A stretch of 64,000 bases of DNA from Eledone cirrhosa (lineage: Eukaryota), in NCBI GenBank assembly GCA_964016885.1, contig OZ024741.1:190588001-190652000 (forward strand). The letters run 5' to 3'. Within the stretch, counting starts at the first letter, position 1. The number at the start of each line of letters is the position of its first letter. This document shows positions 31,565 to 46,007 of this stretch, one piece after another. The translations under genes and the position numbers were made by a program. The notes beneath the pieces were generated by a model, which saw only the letters and a program-made list of their open reading frames with translations, made no database searches and was not told the DNA's origin.

Positions 31565-32400
31565 TCACCCTTTTGTTTGTTGCATATATTAATGACATCG
31601 ATGCCAACTTAATGCCACAGTGCTGTAATACTCAGATGACATCAAGCTATCCCTTGAGATAAAAAGGACAGATTCTGTATGCTATAGATCTTTCCTGCAT
31701 TCAGACCTGGACATAATGCAGTAATGGATTATGGACTAGCAACTCAAGCTGGCTGTGGATAAGTGTACCACCATGCATCCTGGGAGGAAAAACCCAGCGT
31801 TCACATACTCCCTCCACAACACCAATCTCAAGAAGTTTTCTTGTGAACGTGACCTGGGTATTACTGTCAGCAGCAATTTGCATTGGTCAAAGCACATCTC
31901 TAAAATTGTCTAGAAGGCCGAGGGTGTCTTAGCATCACTCAGCAAGACCTTTGTCAGCCGTCTCCAGCTATCTATTTAAAGCTGTATATAGCTATGGTGC
32001 GGCCACACTTAGAATTTACATCATCAATCTGCTCAGAATATTGATCTCCCGGAAACTGTTCAGAGATGTGCAATCAAACGAATACTATCCATCAGGCATC
32101 TACCATACTCTGAACAGCTTGCTTCCCTGAACATGGATACATTAAAGCTCTGATGTCTGGCAACTGACTTGGTAGACACCCACAAAATTATTAACCATAT
32201 TTCTAACAACAACCCTGAGAATCTTTTTGAATTCCATATATCTAACACCCGTGGACATGCTTACAAAATCAGAAAACAGTACAGCTCCTATGACTTTCGG
32301 AAACATTTTTCCATGCATGGAACAAACTACCTGCATCAGTTGTTAGCTGCTGGGACACTGCCTTCAAAACTTCCATGCCTCCCGAAATTTGCCAACACTA
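31565..32400 (+). mobile_element. Degenerate CR1-clade LINE, RT to 3' end
   Basis: YINDI...YSDDIKL, ERDLG, VRPHLE, NTRGHAYKI. Confidence 0.75.
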
Positions 32401-32840
32401 CACCTGATATTCCCCCTCTATTCACATGCATGCATGTGCATGTGTGTCTGTGTGTATATCATGACTCGTACACTGTTCACTTTCATAACATTGTACATTT
32501 TGCCTTTCATCCTTACGGAGGTTGATAAAATAAAGTACCAGTAATACACTGGGTAATTGCTGGCCTTGTGCCAAAAGTAGAAACAATTATTCTATGTACT
32601 ATACATGCAGCTTTGATGAGTTGTAGTGCATCTGAGCACTGTGCACAATAATTTTCATTATCATAACATGACAGCCTGTCTAACCCATGCAGGCATGGTG
32701 GTGATGAAGATAATGTATATATGCAGGCCCATGTAAAGCTGGTAATAGGCTGATTCCAATTGATTCATTAAGTATTTTAGTAATCAATGCTAAATACATG
32801 TTTTATAAATATATTACACACACTCACACATGCACACGCA

Positions 32841-32921
<81 letters not shown>

Positions 32922-32923
<2 letters not shown>

Positions 32924-33369
32924 GTAGTATGTACCTTAGATTTTGAGGGGGCTTACTCAATTTAAGTTTTAGTTCTTATATTTTGTTCTATTACATGTAA
33001 GTGCATGTGTATATAATATATTGGGAGTTACCAGCTAGACTAGTAAGACCAGCTAAGTACTCAATACTAAGTACTCAATATATATGTATATGTAATTAAA
33101 AGTCAGTGCCTGACAACTGAGCTCGCACTGTTTCAACAGACAGTGGATAACTTGCTGTTGAAACGGCGTGAGCTCAGCTGTCGGGCACTAACTTTTAGCT
33201 ATATATACACTCTACTTTCCCAGGTATTGAGTACTTAGCTGGTCTTACTAGTCTAGCTGGTAACTTCCAATATATTATATACACATGCACTTACATGTAA
33301 TAGAACAAAATATAAGAACTAAAACTTAAATTGAGTAAGCCCCCTCAAAATCTAAGGTACATACTACAT
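32922..33369. mobile_element. 448-bp imperfect palindrome folded at a hammerhead stem II
   Basis: Arms ATGTAGTATGTACC.../...GGTACATACTACAT. Centre CAACAG...CTGTT-GAAACGGC-gtgagctca-GCTGTC-GGGCAC. Tail motif CTCTAC...TATTGAGTAC. Confidence 0.75.
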
Positions 33370-33704
33370 GGGCCCTCTGCATACTTGTGTGTGAGTGTAG
33401 TGATGGTGGAGATGGGGCTGACAATGATGATGATAATATTAATGATGACAATGATGTTGACAGCAATGACAATGGTATGAAGTACGCAAAGGAGGAGGGG
33501 GAGAAGGATGGTGATCATAATGATGATGATGATGATGATGACGATGATGAGCTGGTGAAGGAGGGTGAGGTGGAGGGGGTATGAATAATATGATCTTATA
33601 ATATTTCTCTTTCAAAACTAAATAACAAAACATATTATAGAAAAAGATTTTTTTTTTCATATTTCAGAAATATGTGTTTGTCAGTTGATGTTCTCAATAA
33701 AACA

Positions 33705-36153
33705 CAGAACATAGATATAAAACATAGATATAGGCCACACATATAGAACATACATATAGAACATAGATATATGACATACATATAGACCACACATATAGAA
33801 CATACATATGGAACATAGATATATGGCATACATATAGACCACACATATAGAACATACATACAGAACATAGATATATGGCATACATATAGACCACACATAT
33901 AGAACATACATATGGAACATAGATATATGGCATACATATAGACCACACATATAGAACATACATACAGAACATAGATATATGGCATACATATAGACCACAC
34001 ATATAGAACATACATATGAAACATAGATATATGGCATACATATAGACCACACATATAGAACATACATACAGAACATAGATATATGGCATACATATAGACC
34101 ACACATATAGAACATACATATGGAACATAGATATATGGCATACATATAGACCACACATATAGAACATACATATAGAACATAGATATATGGCATACATATA
34201 GACCACACATACAGAACATACATATGGAACATAGATATATGGCATACATATAGACCACACATATAGAACATACATATAGAACATAGATATATGGTATACA
34301 TATAGACCATACATATAGACCACACATATAGAACATACATATGGAACATAGATATATGGCATACATATAGACCACACATATAGAACATACATATAGAACA
34401 TAGATATATGGCATACATATAGACCACACATATAGAACATACATATAGAACATAGATATATGGCATACATATAGACCACACATATAGAACATACATACAG
34501 AACATAGATATATGGCATACATATAGATCACACATATAGAACATACATATGGAACATAGATATATGACATACATATAGACCACACATATAGAACATACAT
34601 ATGGAACATAGATATATGGCATACATATAGACCACACATATAGAACATACATACAGAACATAGATATATGGCATACATATAGACCACACATATAGAACAT
34701 ACATATAGAACATAGATATATGGCATACATATAGACCACACATATAGAACATACATATAGAACATAGATATATGGCATACATATAGACCACACATATAGA
34801 ACATACATATAGAACATAGATATATGGCATACATATAGACCACACATATAGAACATACATATAGAACATAGATATATGGTATACATATAGACCATACATA
34901 TAGACCACACATATAGAACATACATATAGAACATAGATATATGGCATACATATAGACCACACATATAGAACATACATATGGAACATAGATATATGGCATA
35001 CATATAGACCACACATATAGAACATACATATGGAACATAGATATATGGCATACATATAGACCACACATATAGAACATACATATAGAACATACATATGGAA
35101 CATAGATATATGGCATACATATAGACCACACATATAGAACATACATATGGAACATAGATATATGGCATACATATAGACCACACATATAGAACATACATAT
35201 AGAACATAGATATATGGCATACATATAGACCACACATATAGAACATACATATGGAACATAGATATATGGTATACATATAGACCTCACATATAGAACATAC
35301 ATATAGAACATAGATATATGGCATACATATAGACCACACATATAGAACATACATATGGAACATAGATATATGGCATACATATAGACCACACATATAGAAC
35401 ATACATATAGAACATAGATATATGGTATACATATAGACCATACATATAGACCACACATATAGAACATACATATGGAACATAGATATATGGCATACATATA
35501 GACCACACATATAGAACATACATATGGAACATAGATATATGGCATACATATAGACCACACATATAGAACATACATATAGAACATAGATATATGGCATACA
35601 TATAGACCACACATATAGAACATACATACAGAACATAGATATATGGCATACATATAGACCACACATATAGAACATACATATGGAACATAGATATATGGCA
35701 TACATATAGACCACACATATAGAACATACATATGGAACATAGATATATGGCATACATATAGACCACACATATAGAACATACATACAGAACATAGATATAT
35801 GGCATACATATAGACCACACATATAGAACATACATATAGAACATAGATATATGGCATACATATAGACCACACATATAGAACATACATACAGAACATAGAT
35901 ATATGGCATACATATAGGCCACACATATAGAACATACATATAGAACATAGATATATGGCATACATATAGGCCACACATATAGAACATACATATAGAACAT
36001 AGATATATGGCATACATATAGACCACACATATAGAACATACATACAGAACATAGATATATGGCATACATATAGGCCACACATATAGAACATACATATAGA
36101 ACATAGATATATGGCATACATATAGACCACACATATAAAACATACATATAGAA
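33705..36153. repeat. Minisatellite, 52-bp unit made of four 13-bp subunits (about 47 copies)
   Basis: GAACATAGATATA/TGGCATACATATA/GACCACACATATA/GAACATACATATA repeated, with occasional 65-bp units. Confidence 0.95.
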
Positions 36154-36974
36154 CACTAGGATGTTTTTCAACACGCTGACGTGTATATGTGTATGTGCTT
36201 ATGCATACATTTATATGTATGAGTATATAAATATAAGCGTGTAAACACAGACACACTTACAAAAATACATACTCTAACATACATTCACACAAATACACAC
36301 ATACATTCACACAAACACATTAGCACATACACAGCATAACAAATAGAACGCCAGCCACTATTTTGCTATAGTTTTTCCCCACCCCCTTCCTTCCTTTTAC
36401 ACACACATACATTCACGCAGGCAGCAGATGTAAAGAGAGAGAAGTAGTATGAGATAGTCAAACTACACCTCTCTCTTTACGTGTTGTGACAGAATCACAG
36501 AAATTTATATATAGATACATATGGAACATAGATATATGGTATAAATATAGATCATGCATATAGACCATACCTTTGGCAGAACAACACAAGCACTGAAGCA
36601 GAGCTGGATTAATGATTAAGCAAAATAAGTACATGCTTAGAGTATCAAAGGAAGGGGACCACTATTTTATTGAAATAAATATGTCATTCAGCCCATCCCA
36701 CCCCATGTAATGTGAGGGTGGTATCATAATCTTTAAGATTTTAGGGTCTCATCTTACCTACCTCTGATGTAGCTGCCATTAAATCCCATACAAATACATT
36801 TTCATATCTCTCAGGTCTGGTGAGATTGGTGTAGTTAATAGTAAATTGGTGTAGTTAATAGTCGTATTTGTAGTGATTAAAGGGAGAGAATTCAGGCATT
36901 GGTATCGTGTTGAGGTGGAAGGATTGGGTGAAATGTTTAGTTTGGTGCCAGGCTGGTGAGTATCAATAAGAATG

Positions 36975-37162
36975 GTTTCTTATTTAGACACAAGGCCAAC
37001 AATTTTGGGGGAGGGGAAAGTCGATTAGATCGACCCCAGCTCATCACTGATACTTTATTTTATCGACCCCGTAAGGATTAAAGGCAAAGCTAACTTCGAC
37101 GGGATTTGAACTCATATCATAAAGGGCCGTAACTCTATGCTGCAAAGCATGGCGTCCGACCC
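36975..37162 (-). mobile_element. SINE with target-site duplication
   Basis: SINE consensus flanked by TGAGTATCAATAAGA on both sides. Confidence 0.8.
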
Positions 37163-37747
37163 TGAGTATCAATAAGAGTATCAATAAGAATGACAGTAGG
37201 AGGATGGACAGGTAGGATAAGTAAAACTTACTCTACCTGTCTCTGAGAGATAGCTTAAGTTTCAAGAAGTAGAGGTTACTATTGTAACAATAGAAAAGGC
37301 AAAGATATGACATTGCATCTATGTGAGCTAGTGGTTGAATACTAGAAATGATAGCCAAATCTCCCTCAAATCCTTGTTACACTGTACACTATAATATATA
37401 CCACTGCATGCTGGGATATGTAGAATGGTTCTCAAGAATACAGAGGTATATCTAGAGGAATGGTTTTGTGTGTCATACTCAGATTTTGATAAGTCACATT
37501 GTGTGTAAGAGAAATGATTTTTACAAGGGCCCATACTCAGTAATCTGATGGTTGTTAAGGAGATTATGAGCTAAGGCTGTGTTTGATATACATAAAAGGA
37601 GTAGGTAGAAATTTCGTATGATGTACCTAGTGTAAATTATCAACACACAAGAGGTATAGTGTAACCACAGGAACAGGAAGTACTCTCAGCCTTCTATGAT
37701 TTGACACCGACCTGGTCAGTTATCTTCACCATGTCTCTCTCATTAAT

Positions 37748-37931
37748 TGTTTCTACTTTAGGCACAAGGCCAGCAATTACCCAGTGCATTACTGGTACTT
37801 TATTTTATCGACCCCGTAAGGATGAAAGGTAAAGTCAACCTCGGCGGGATTTGAACTCAGATCGTAAAGGGACGTAACTATGCTGGAAAGCTTGGCGTCC
37901 GACCCTCTACTGATACTGCCAATCCACCGCC
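37748..37931 (-). mobile_element. Full-length SINE with 16-bp TSD
   Basis: TGTCTCTCTCATTAAT at 37732-37747 and 37934-37949. Confidence 0.85.
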
Positions 37932-38069
37932 CTTGTCTCTCTCATTAATATTAGTTCTTTGGCTATTGATCAAACTAACTTGTATTAATTTAATTAATTC
38001 CTTCATTTCTACTATGGTTACCCAGACCTTATTTGTGTCGCTTTCGATTGTACCAATTTTCCTGTCATA

Positions 38070-38535
38070 AAGAGTACTATGTAGCAGTTTTGAGGCAGCT
38101 CAGAAAGCGATTTTGTTGCGCAAGAGACCAGAACCCTTCATGTCTGATCAGTGGAACCTGCGCCAGGACAATTCTCCCTGCCACAAATCCAGCCTGGTGA
38201 CTAACTACTTGGCCGATATGAGGATCAAGACTGTCTCTCATCCTCCCTACAGTCCAGACTTTGCCCCCATGTGACTTCTGGATGTTCTCAAAGCTGAAGG
38301 AGAAGCTCAAGGATAACCACTTTGAGGATGTGGAGGAGATGAAAGAGGCTGTAACAAGTGCCCTGGACACCTTAACTTTGGATGACTACAAGGGGGTCTT
38401 CCAAAAGTGGCTGGAGCTCTACAAGTGCATTGAAGTTAGAGGATCCTACTTTGAGTGAGACTAGAGTTCTGTGTTAATCTGAGTTAAATAAATGTCTCTC
38501 TGATAAAAGTCTCAAAATCTTTTGAGCGTTCTTAG
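38070..38535 (+). mobile_element. mariner transposase 3' remnant
   Basis: QDNSP.H...HPPYSPDFAPCDFWMFSKLKEKLK...KCIEVRGSYFE, the mariner YSPDLAPxD motif. Confidence 0.85.
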
Positions 38536-38539
38536 TTCT

Positions 38540-39100
38540 TAGGTTCTTCCGCGATCTTTTGGCGCATCAAGCAGTATGTAGTCACCAATGGTCATGATCA
38601 GCAGCGACTTTTTCACATCTGTGCCAAGTGATGTTGGCTGCCATCAAGTTTTTTTGGAACGTTCGTCGCCAGGTGATCCTGGGGTAAACCCGCTTCCGTT
38701 TGCTGCCAGGTGGAGTCCAGTTCATCACTGTTATCGAGTGTCGTTTGTTGGGCAGGCGCAGAATATGGCCAGTCAGGTGGCACCAGCGCTCCGTGACCAC
38801 CCTCTGCAGCATCCACGACTGGGTTCTCCACAGGATTTCCTCGTTTCACACTTGGTTATGCCAGGACACATGAAGGATCATTCCCAGGCACCGCTGATGG
38901 AAAGTGTTCAGCCATCTCTTTAACTTTACCGTGCTCTTCCAGATTTTACTTGTGTAAAGCACTGTCAATAGCACGATGCTCTTGTAGAGGTGCAGCTTGA
39001 TCCTGGTGCTGATGCATGAAGACGACCAGACTGGGCGCATCTGCTGGAAAACTGTGGATCCTTTGCTGATTCAACAGTTGATGTCGAGTGTACCTCTTGA
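38540..39100 (-). mobile_element. RTE-like LINE 3' fragment (third family)
   Basis: KLHLYKSIVLLTVLY...GHILRLP...MNWTPPGSKRKRVYPRITWRR. Confidence 0.7.
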
Positions 39101-39249
39101 GTGTACCTCATAGAAAAGCAGAAAAGAATAATATGGACTGCAGTCCAATGTGCAGAAAAAAGAAGAATGACACTGAGGCATAGAAAAGGAAAGAAGGGAA
39201 AATAGAAGAAGACGGGCTTTTCTTCATTAAAGCTATATCTCCCCTCCTC

Positions 39250-39962
39250 ATATCTTCATTTACTTCCTTTCTAATTTTCCTCCCTCCATCTTCACTACTC
39301 TTCTCTGCCTCCATCCCCATTCTACTAGTGATTTTCTGATTATCATTTGGGGTTAATTCCCTATGAATAGTTCCGAGATTTCTATTATTAATTTTATCTA
39401 TATTTTGGGCAATATTCATAGTGGTTGAGTATGAGAGTTTAATTGTATGCTTATTAAAAATTCTATATTTATGCATTTTTGGGAAGCATTTATTAAGAGC
39501 ATTTAAGAAAAGGTGAGCTAAGGTTTTCCTGATTCCTAGTGATATTGGTGGAGAATACCATAAAATAGAATGAGAACAAATTCTTTTATAAGACTTATTG
39601 GTTTTATAGGAGTTATATTGATTATATGACTGATTAGGCCTAGTTCTGTGGCTTATATTACAGATATTAGCATTATTACAATTGTTGTGGGATGTATGTG
39701 CATTAGTATTGATATTAAATGAATGTTGATTTATATACGGTGGGGTGTAAGCATTTTTATCTATATATTGAATTTTATCAGGATAACCTGCTCTATTTAA
39801 CACATTGTTATAGTATTTAGCTTTATTGTCAACAATTTTCTTATTGGCTGAGAGTCTAGAGATTCTTTGCTGAACACTATTAACTATAGCTCTTTTAACA
39901 TTTCTAGGGTGGTTTGAATGGAAGCTAACATAATTAAGGTTTTCATTTAATTTATGGATAGG
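39250..39962 (-). mobile_element. Penelope-like element fragment (RT thumb and linker)
   Basis: NYVSFHSNHP...QRISRLS...LNRAGY, then ILWYSPP...FPKMHKYRIFNKHTIKLSYS, a characteristic PLE linker. Confidence 0.75.
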
Positions 39963-39984
39963 GTAGTAAAATTAAGGTTTAATG

Positions 39985-40170
39985 CAGTGGTTCTCAACCT
40001 TTTTTGCCAAACACATGAACAAATAGCGGCACACCTGGCTAGTTATATATGAAAACTATTTCAATTTTACAAAATAAAAACATGGCAAGTCATAGACGGC
40101 ATACAACCGTGGATCACATGGTTTTTTTGCATTTTCTTAGTGTGCCATTCAAAATTTTGTGGCATACTTA
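39985..40170 (+). mobile_element. Possible hAT (Charlie/Buster-type) terminus
   Basis: Begins CAGTGGTTCTCAACCTT, a typical hAT terminal motif. No matching right end found. Confidence 0.35.
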
Positions 40171-40319
40171 GGAAGATCTCACTTTATATATAATATTGTA
40201 TTTTTCTGGTAAAAGCTTTACATCACATAATTATCTAACATAATATCGAATCTATGAGATCTTGATATTATTTATTTTCAGAAAAATACCTTAACATCAG
40301 TATGAGTGGCTAGTTCTGG

Positions 40320-41700
40320 CTGGTTTGAACAGTCAGAAGCATCGACCCTGACTTCATCACAGTCACGGAAACATGAGCACATTCTTTACTCTGTGATGGG
40401 GTTTTCAGCATTATTGTGTACAACCTTTTCCACAAGGACCGCATTAATCGGCGTGGTGGTGGTGTGATGGTCTACGTTCGTTCAAACTTTTCGGTAATTC
40501 CTTGCGTTGATTTAAACAAATCACAAGAAGAATTTTTTTTTTGTGACATACGTATGACCACGTGACATACGTGTGACATACGTCAACACTTCTGCTTGGT
40601 GTTGTTTATCGCCCCCCAAACTACTACCATCAGGACACACAGCTTTGCGATATCCTCAGAGCTGCTGCCAGGAAAACAGCCACTTATGTGTTTATTGCAG
40701 GTGACTTCAATCATCCAGAGATCGATTGGGAAACCTTTCATTGGCCACAAAGTGCAAACGATTTCCTTGAGCTAGTGCTGGATTCAAACTGGTCACAAGT
40801 AGTCACCTCTCCAACAAGAGGTGACAACACTTTGGACCTGCTCTTCACGACTACTCCTGAGGTGGTTATCAGTTGTACTACTGAGGAACCTCTAGGCGAC
40901 TCTGATCATGCTATGATCATTGCCAATCTGGCTCTTGCGAGCAACAACAAAAACTAGAACCATCTCCAATCTGCTTGCTTTGATTGGAAGAAAGCAGATT
41001 GGAACTTGTACTGCACTGAGCTACAGTGCCCAAACTGGCATGAGTTCTATAACTCTGGAGATGTGAACACTATACTCCAGAGCATCCTGGACTCAATATG
41101 GATAGCGTGTGCAGCATCGGTGCCATGTAAGCAGAAAAAACCCCACCCCAAAAGTGCAATTTGGGAAATTTCAGCAGTCCGACTTGCCAGGAAAGAACGT
41201 TGGAACGTTGAACGGGAATATAAACTGCATAAATCAGATGCCAACAGAAAAAAGCGGAATAAATCTTCCAACCATCTCAAGCAAGTGACAAAAAAGGCAG
41301 TGCTTGAATTTGAACAGTGCATAGCAACCAATCCTGACAGTAAGGTGTTCTGGAAATATGTTCATTCAAAGCAGAGACCTCACTCTCCAGTTGGTCATCT
41401 TCGCAATCCCCACACAAGCCAGATCACTGACGATCCCAAAGAATGCGCAGAACTCATTGCTGAGTGCTATGCAAGCATTTTTACTGTTGAAAACCAGAAT
41501 GTACGATCTCCACCATCTCTAACATCAAATTCTATAACAACTATGGAATTTACACCTGCAATGTTGCGATGTCTCTTTAAGAATAAGCACAACTATGCCT
41601 CCCCTGGTCTTGATGGTGTTACATACCTGCTTCTCAAACGTGGCGGGTACTTCCTTTTACACCAGCTTTCTTTCTTCTTTCAATACTGTCTCAACTTTTG
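40320..41700 (+). mobile_element. CR1-clade LINE ORF2 fragment (APE plus start of RT)
   Basis: GVVYRPP, FIAGDFNHPEIDW, PTRGDNTLDLLFT, SDH, FWKYV, SPGLDGV. Confidence 0.85.
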
Positions 41701-44700
41701 CCAAGCTTGTCAAAGTGAGATGGACAGGAGAGCAGGTGGACGTATTTGTGGCAGAAATACAATGATTGGCTATGCTAGCCGAGTTCACAGGGGAAAACCT
41801 TGAAAGGGCTGTGCAGATGGCATTCATGAATGGGTTCCGCAATGAGATTTTGGTTGCTGGGCAACAGAAAAAGGAGCATGAGTGAGCTAATTGCACAGGT
41901 CTGTATAGTGACATGAGGCACTAAGTGGAATGTTGCAGTGATAGAAGCCCATGGCAGTCAACAGCGATTGATGAACGATGAGGGGGAAGAGCCCCTGTGA
42001 ACACTCAGCCATGGCATTCAGAGGCCAGTACTTCAGATGTCAGTTTCTGCACATGGCAACAGACTGCAGAGAGCCAAAGCCAGATATAATTTGCTACCAA
42101 TGTAAGCAGGCAGGCCATGTAGCCAACAATTATAACCAGGGAAATGGTTCAAGGGTAGCTACCCCTGGAAGCAAGTAGAGGCAATCTTGCAGTCGCTGCC
42201 CATAGTAGAAGTTCTGGTGGCGTGGAAGCCATCACGATCCCTTGTGGACACGGGCTGCACAACGACATTAGTGACCACAGAGGTGGTTAAAAAGTGGAGT
42301 GGGATGAGAAGTGTAAAGGCAGTTGATGACAGGGAGATTAGATGCAGAGGTAGCAGTGAAGTGGAGATGGTGGTATGAGGAATGAAAATAAGGCTGTGGG
42401 CGATCATGATCGACCATGTGGTGAATGGAATTGATGTGGTAATGGGCATGGATGCGATTGGCTGCTTAGGAAGCATTACAGTGAGTGAGGATGGGGTAAC
42501 ATTTAGTGCAGGAACATCATGTGTCGTAAGTCAACAGGGTAACAGAGATATCCATGAAGAAAAATGTGCTGTTCATATCATACAAGACAAGGATTTCAGG
42601 GCTGTGTTTAATGATCAGCAGTGGATAGTTGAGTTGTACTGGAAAGGAGAGCCCCCGATGTTGAAGAACATAGTGAGCTGCTATCAACATACTCTGAAAG
42701 GGGATGCCAGATGTGAGTTTGAGGGAGAGGTGCAAAGATAGATCGAGGAGGGCACATTGATCCCTTGGAAGGAGAAGATAAAGAGCGGAGTGTTCCCGTT
42801 AATGGCAGTAGTGCAACCAATGAAGAACAAGGTCAGATCGGTGCTGGACTTTCGTGAACTAAATGAACACGTCACGCCACACAGGCGGTGAGGTCACAGA
42901 TGTCTGCAGGGAAACCTTGTGAGAATAAAGACTAATGACAGGGGCCTCTACAATTGTTGACTTAAAGTCAGCATATCTGCAGCTACACGTAGCTGAGAAA
43001 CTGTGGAAGTATCAGCTGGTCAGGTATAAGGGCTGGACATACTGCCTGACCAGGCTGGGGGTTTGGGTTAAACTCCACACCAAAGATTATGGTGACGGTT
43101 CTCAAGGCCATTTTGGGGAAAGTAGACAAGACATAGAGGGTCACCAACTCCTATCTTGGTAGATAAGACCGTGGTATTGGCAGCAGAGGTCTCAAGCCAC
43201 TTAGGAAGGTTTGGCTTAACCGCAAAACTGCCAGAGGTGATGGGGGAAGGAGCTGCACTGGGACTCAAGCAGCAAAGAGACAAGATGAACACTGATATTT
43301 CGGAGGAGAAATGAAGTCCGGGAAATTGGTGGGCCACTAACAGCATACAGCTATGTCAAGAGATGAGCAGAATGGGTGAGCTGGGGAGGCAGGGTAGGAG
43401 AGAGGATGGTGGTCATGATGTGGGAGATCATGGAGAGTGGGGAAGGTAAAGGCAGATGACCCAGTAAGAAGAAGCTAGTACATCTCCAAATCAGAGAATG
43501 GGACCATATAGTGAGATGCCAGCAGCATAGGGCTAGGGGGTCACTCTGGAAATCAGGGGTATTAAGGTCGAGGAAGCAACCTGGCCCAGGAAGAAGAAGG
43601 ACTGTAACCACATTAACATGGCCGAACTGGATGCTGAGTTTGGCCTGAAGCTGAGTGTGGTCAATGTGCTCTCAGAGAAAAATAGGGCAGACATCTTAAC
43701 CAGGGTGAAGAAAGACTAGCTGTAAGTGCCAGCGGATGCGGAAAAGGGGATATCTGCAGTGTGTCGACTGAGTGACTCAGAGTTGAGGAGGCTGCATAAC
43801 ATGAATCATATGGGAGTGGATAGGACCCTGTTCCTAGCCAGAAAAGTCGACTCCAACATTAGCAGACAGATGCCACTCTATCAACAGGACGTATCTCTCA
43901 ATGTTCAGTGGTGGGCCGGGACAGATGGAGATATGGAGGGAGATGAAGACGGGGACTGCAGAGGAAATCACACAGACGCTGAGAAAGATATTCTTGGAGC
44001 AGGGCACTATGGATGAACTGCTAATGGATAACAGCACAGCATTTCACTTAGAGGGACTGAAGGAGATGCTCAATGAGTGGAATGTGAGCCACTTTTTCAG
44101 AGCAGCTTACAGGCCAAGCAGAAATGAGATTGTAGAGAGACACTATTGCATAATCATGGCCATTGGGGAAAGAGGGCACATTTCATCAATGGAGGCGGTG
44201 TTCTGGTACAACATGTCTCTTCAGGTGGAACAGGCCGAGGAGTTGGTGCCACATAGGGCGATATATAGATATGAATGGTGACATCTGTGCATATTATCAC
44301 AACCTGTGGAGGAGAAAGAGAATGCAAAGAAATCTGGGTCAAACTCCTGAATGCATGTTGCACAACTCAATGGGGAAATGGAGCAGTAATGGCTGTAAAT
44401 TCCCAAAACAAGGCTTCTGTGGACAGAATGCTGTGTTGTGACATGGATGTCCATAGAATTGTTGATTTGAAGGACTTTGAAGAAGAGGAGAATGAAAGCA
44501 TCACTCCAAAGGTGTGGAGATCCCAATGGGAATGTCATCCACCCAGGTGGATGATGGACATTGACATGGAATAATATGATGAGGTGATTGGTCCTTGAGA
44601 TCAGGGGGGGGGGTGTGGAGCTGCTGAGAAGGGACTGTCAGAAGTTAGGGGAGGTCTTACCAGAAGCGAAGGGCGAGTGACGCCACATCAGGGTTCGGGT

Positions 44701-44862
44701 ACTTATTCACGGCTTCTTTTTCATGTGGACATGTTTATGAAAGTGAGCGAGAGAAGCTTTGTAACTCAGTTGGACATGAGTCATGTGGATGTCAACACAG
44801 TGGACATTCATGGCCTGAATTTAAGTGGTGATGCAAGCTAGGTCCGTTTGATACCCACCACA
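41700..44862 (+). mobile_element. Degenerate Gypsy-type LTR retrotransposon with PPT and 3' LTR
   Basis: Gag knuckle CYQCKQAGHVA, protease LVDTGCT, RT VLDFRELN/VDLKSAYLQL and integrase LLMDNSTAF...EIVER, in Gypsy order. Poly-G PPT at 44603-44613, then LTR TGTGG...CCACA at 44614-44862. Confidence 0.85.
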
Positions 44863-45199
44863 TATATATATATATATATACTGTAGTACATATTTGGTAA
44901 AAATATCCAAGGGTAAGAGCACTCAATCCATTATATATATATAATTAGTTACAGCAGTAACTAATTCAGCCCAACTCATTCAGACTGTCATATAAATAAA
45001 AATGGATACCATGGAGATTTTAGACAATATAAAAAAGTTCTAAGGGTAGGTTATCAATAGATAGTCAAATCCCTTGAATAATGTAACAGAAAAGGAGATA
45101 ACTATAAAAACCAAGGGTGGCAACTTGTGTTACACAATAAATTGAAGTGAAAACCAAGAAGTGTGTGTTTTTATTGGCAGCTTGACCCTCCTAAAGTAT

Positions 45200-45241
<42 letters not shown>

Positions 45242-45517
45242 CAACTGGATGGGTCAACAGTCAGTATTTTAAGCTGTAACAATATCAGAGCTGCCTCAAT
45301 ACCGTTTTTGAACACCATGTACATGTATTTCAGAATAATTATCCATTTTCAAAATTCGCTTACTGAGGTATGGAAGAACTTGAAAGTTTTAAAGAGCGAG
45401 ACTTTATCACTGATTACTACCAGCCAATCAAGCTTGCATTACATGCAAATAAATTGTTTGTTTACAAAACCTATAAGATTTTCAACTCTTCCATACCTCA
45501 GTATCTTGGAGTAAACA

Positions 45518-45567
45518 AGCACCTGCTAAAGATGGATAAAAATACTGAAATACATGTATACAGTGCT
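45518..45567 (+). ncRNA. Decayed type-I hammerhead motif
   Basis: AGCAC(c)TG-CTAAAGA-...-GAAA-TACATGTA-TA-CAGTGCT. Palindromic stem III and stem I are intact, but the core has G5>A. Confidence 0.55.
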
Positions 45568-45682
45568 CTTACACCAGTACTGAGTTAGCAGTGGTATAAC
45601 TAGAACTTAAACTGTTCAGACATATATATAAGTCCATATGTGCCTGTATTCTGAATCATAGTATGTTAGTGCGAATGGTAAT

Positions 45683-45895
45683 TAATTGCTTCTACTTTCT
45701 GGCACAAGGCCAGCAATTTGAAGAGAAGGGAAATGTTGATTAAATCACGCCAGTGTGTTACTGGTACTTTATTTTAGCAATTTTGTAAGGATGAAAGGCA
45801 AAGCTAACCTTGGTGGATTTGAACTCAGAATGTAAAGGGTCGTAACCCTATGCCGCAAAGCACATTATCCGACACTCTACTGATATTGCTAATTA
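45683..45895 (-). mobile_element. SINE, diverged
   Basis: B box and central domain present. Confidence 0.7.
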
Positions 45896-46007
45896 ATGCA
45901 TTGTTTTATATCTGATCTAAGACATCATATATGTGTGTGTATATATACATTTATGTACCCACTCCCACACACACACTTATATATATAAATATATATACAT
46001 ATATATA

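Noticed and set aside
33387-33584. Acidic D/E-rich ORF
   Set aside because: Decayed (GAT)n microsatellite with no other coding evidence.
33635-36256. 873-aa and related repetitive ORFs; superficial CRISPR-like periodicity
   Set aside because: These translate a 52-bp minisatellite. There are no unique spacers or cas genes, and the context is eukaryotic.
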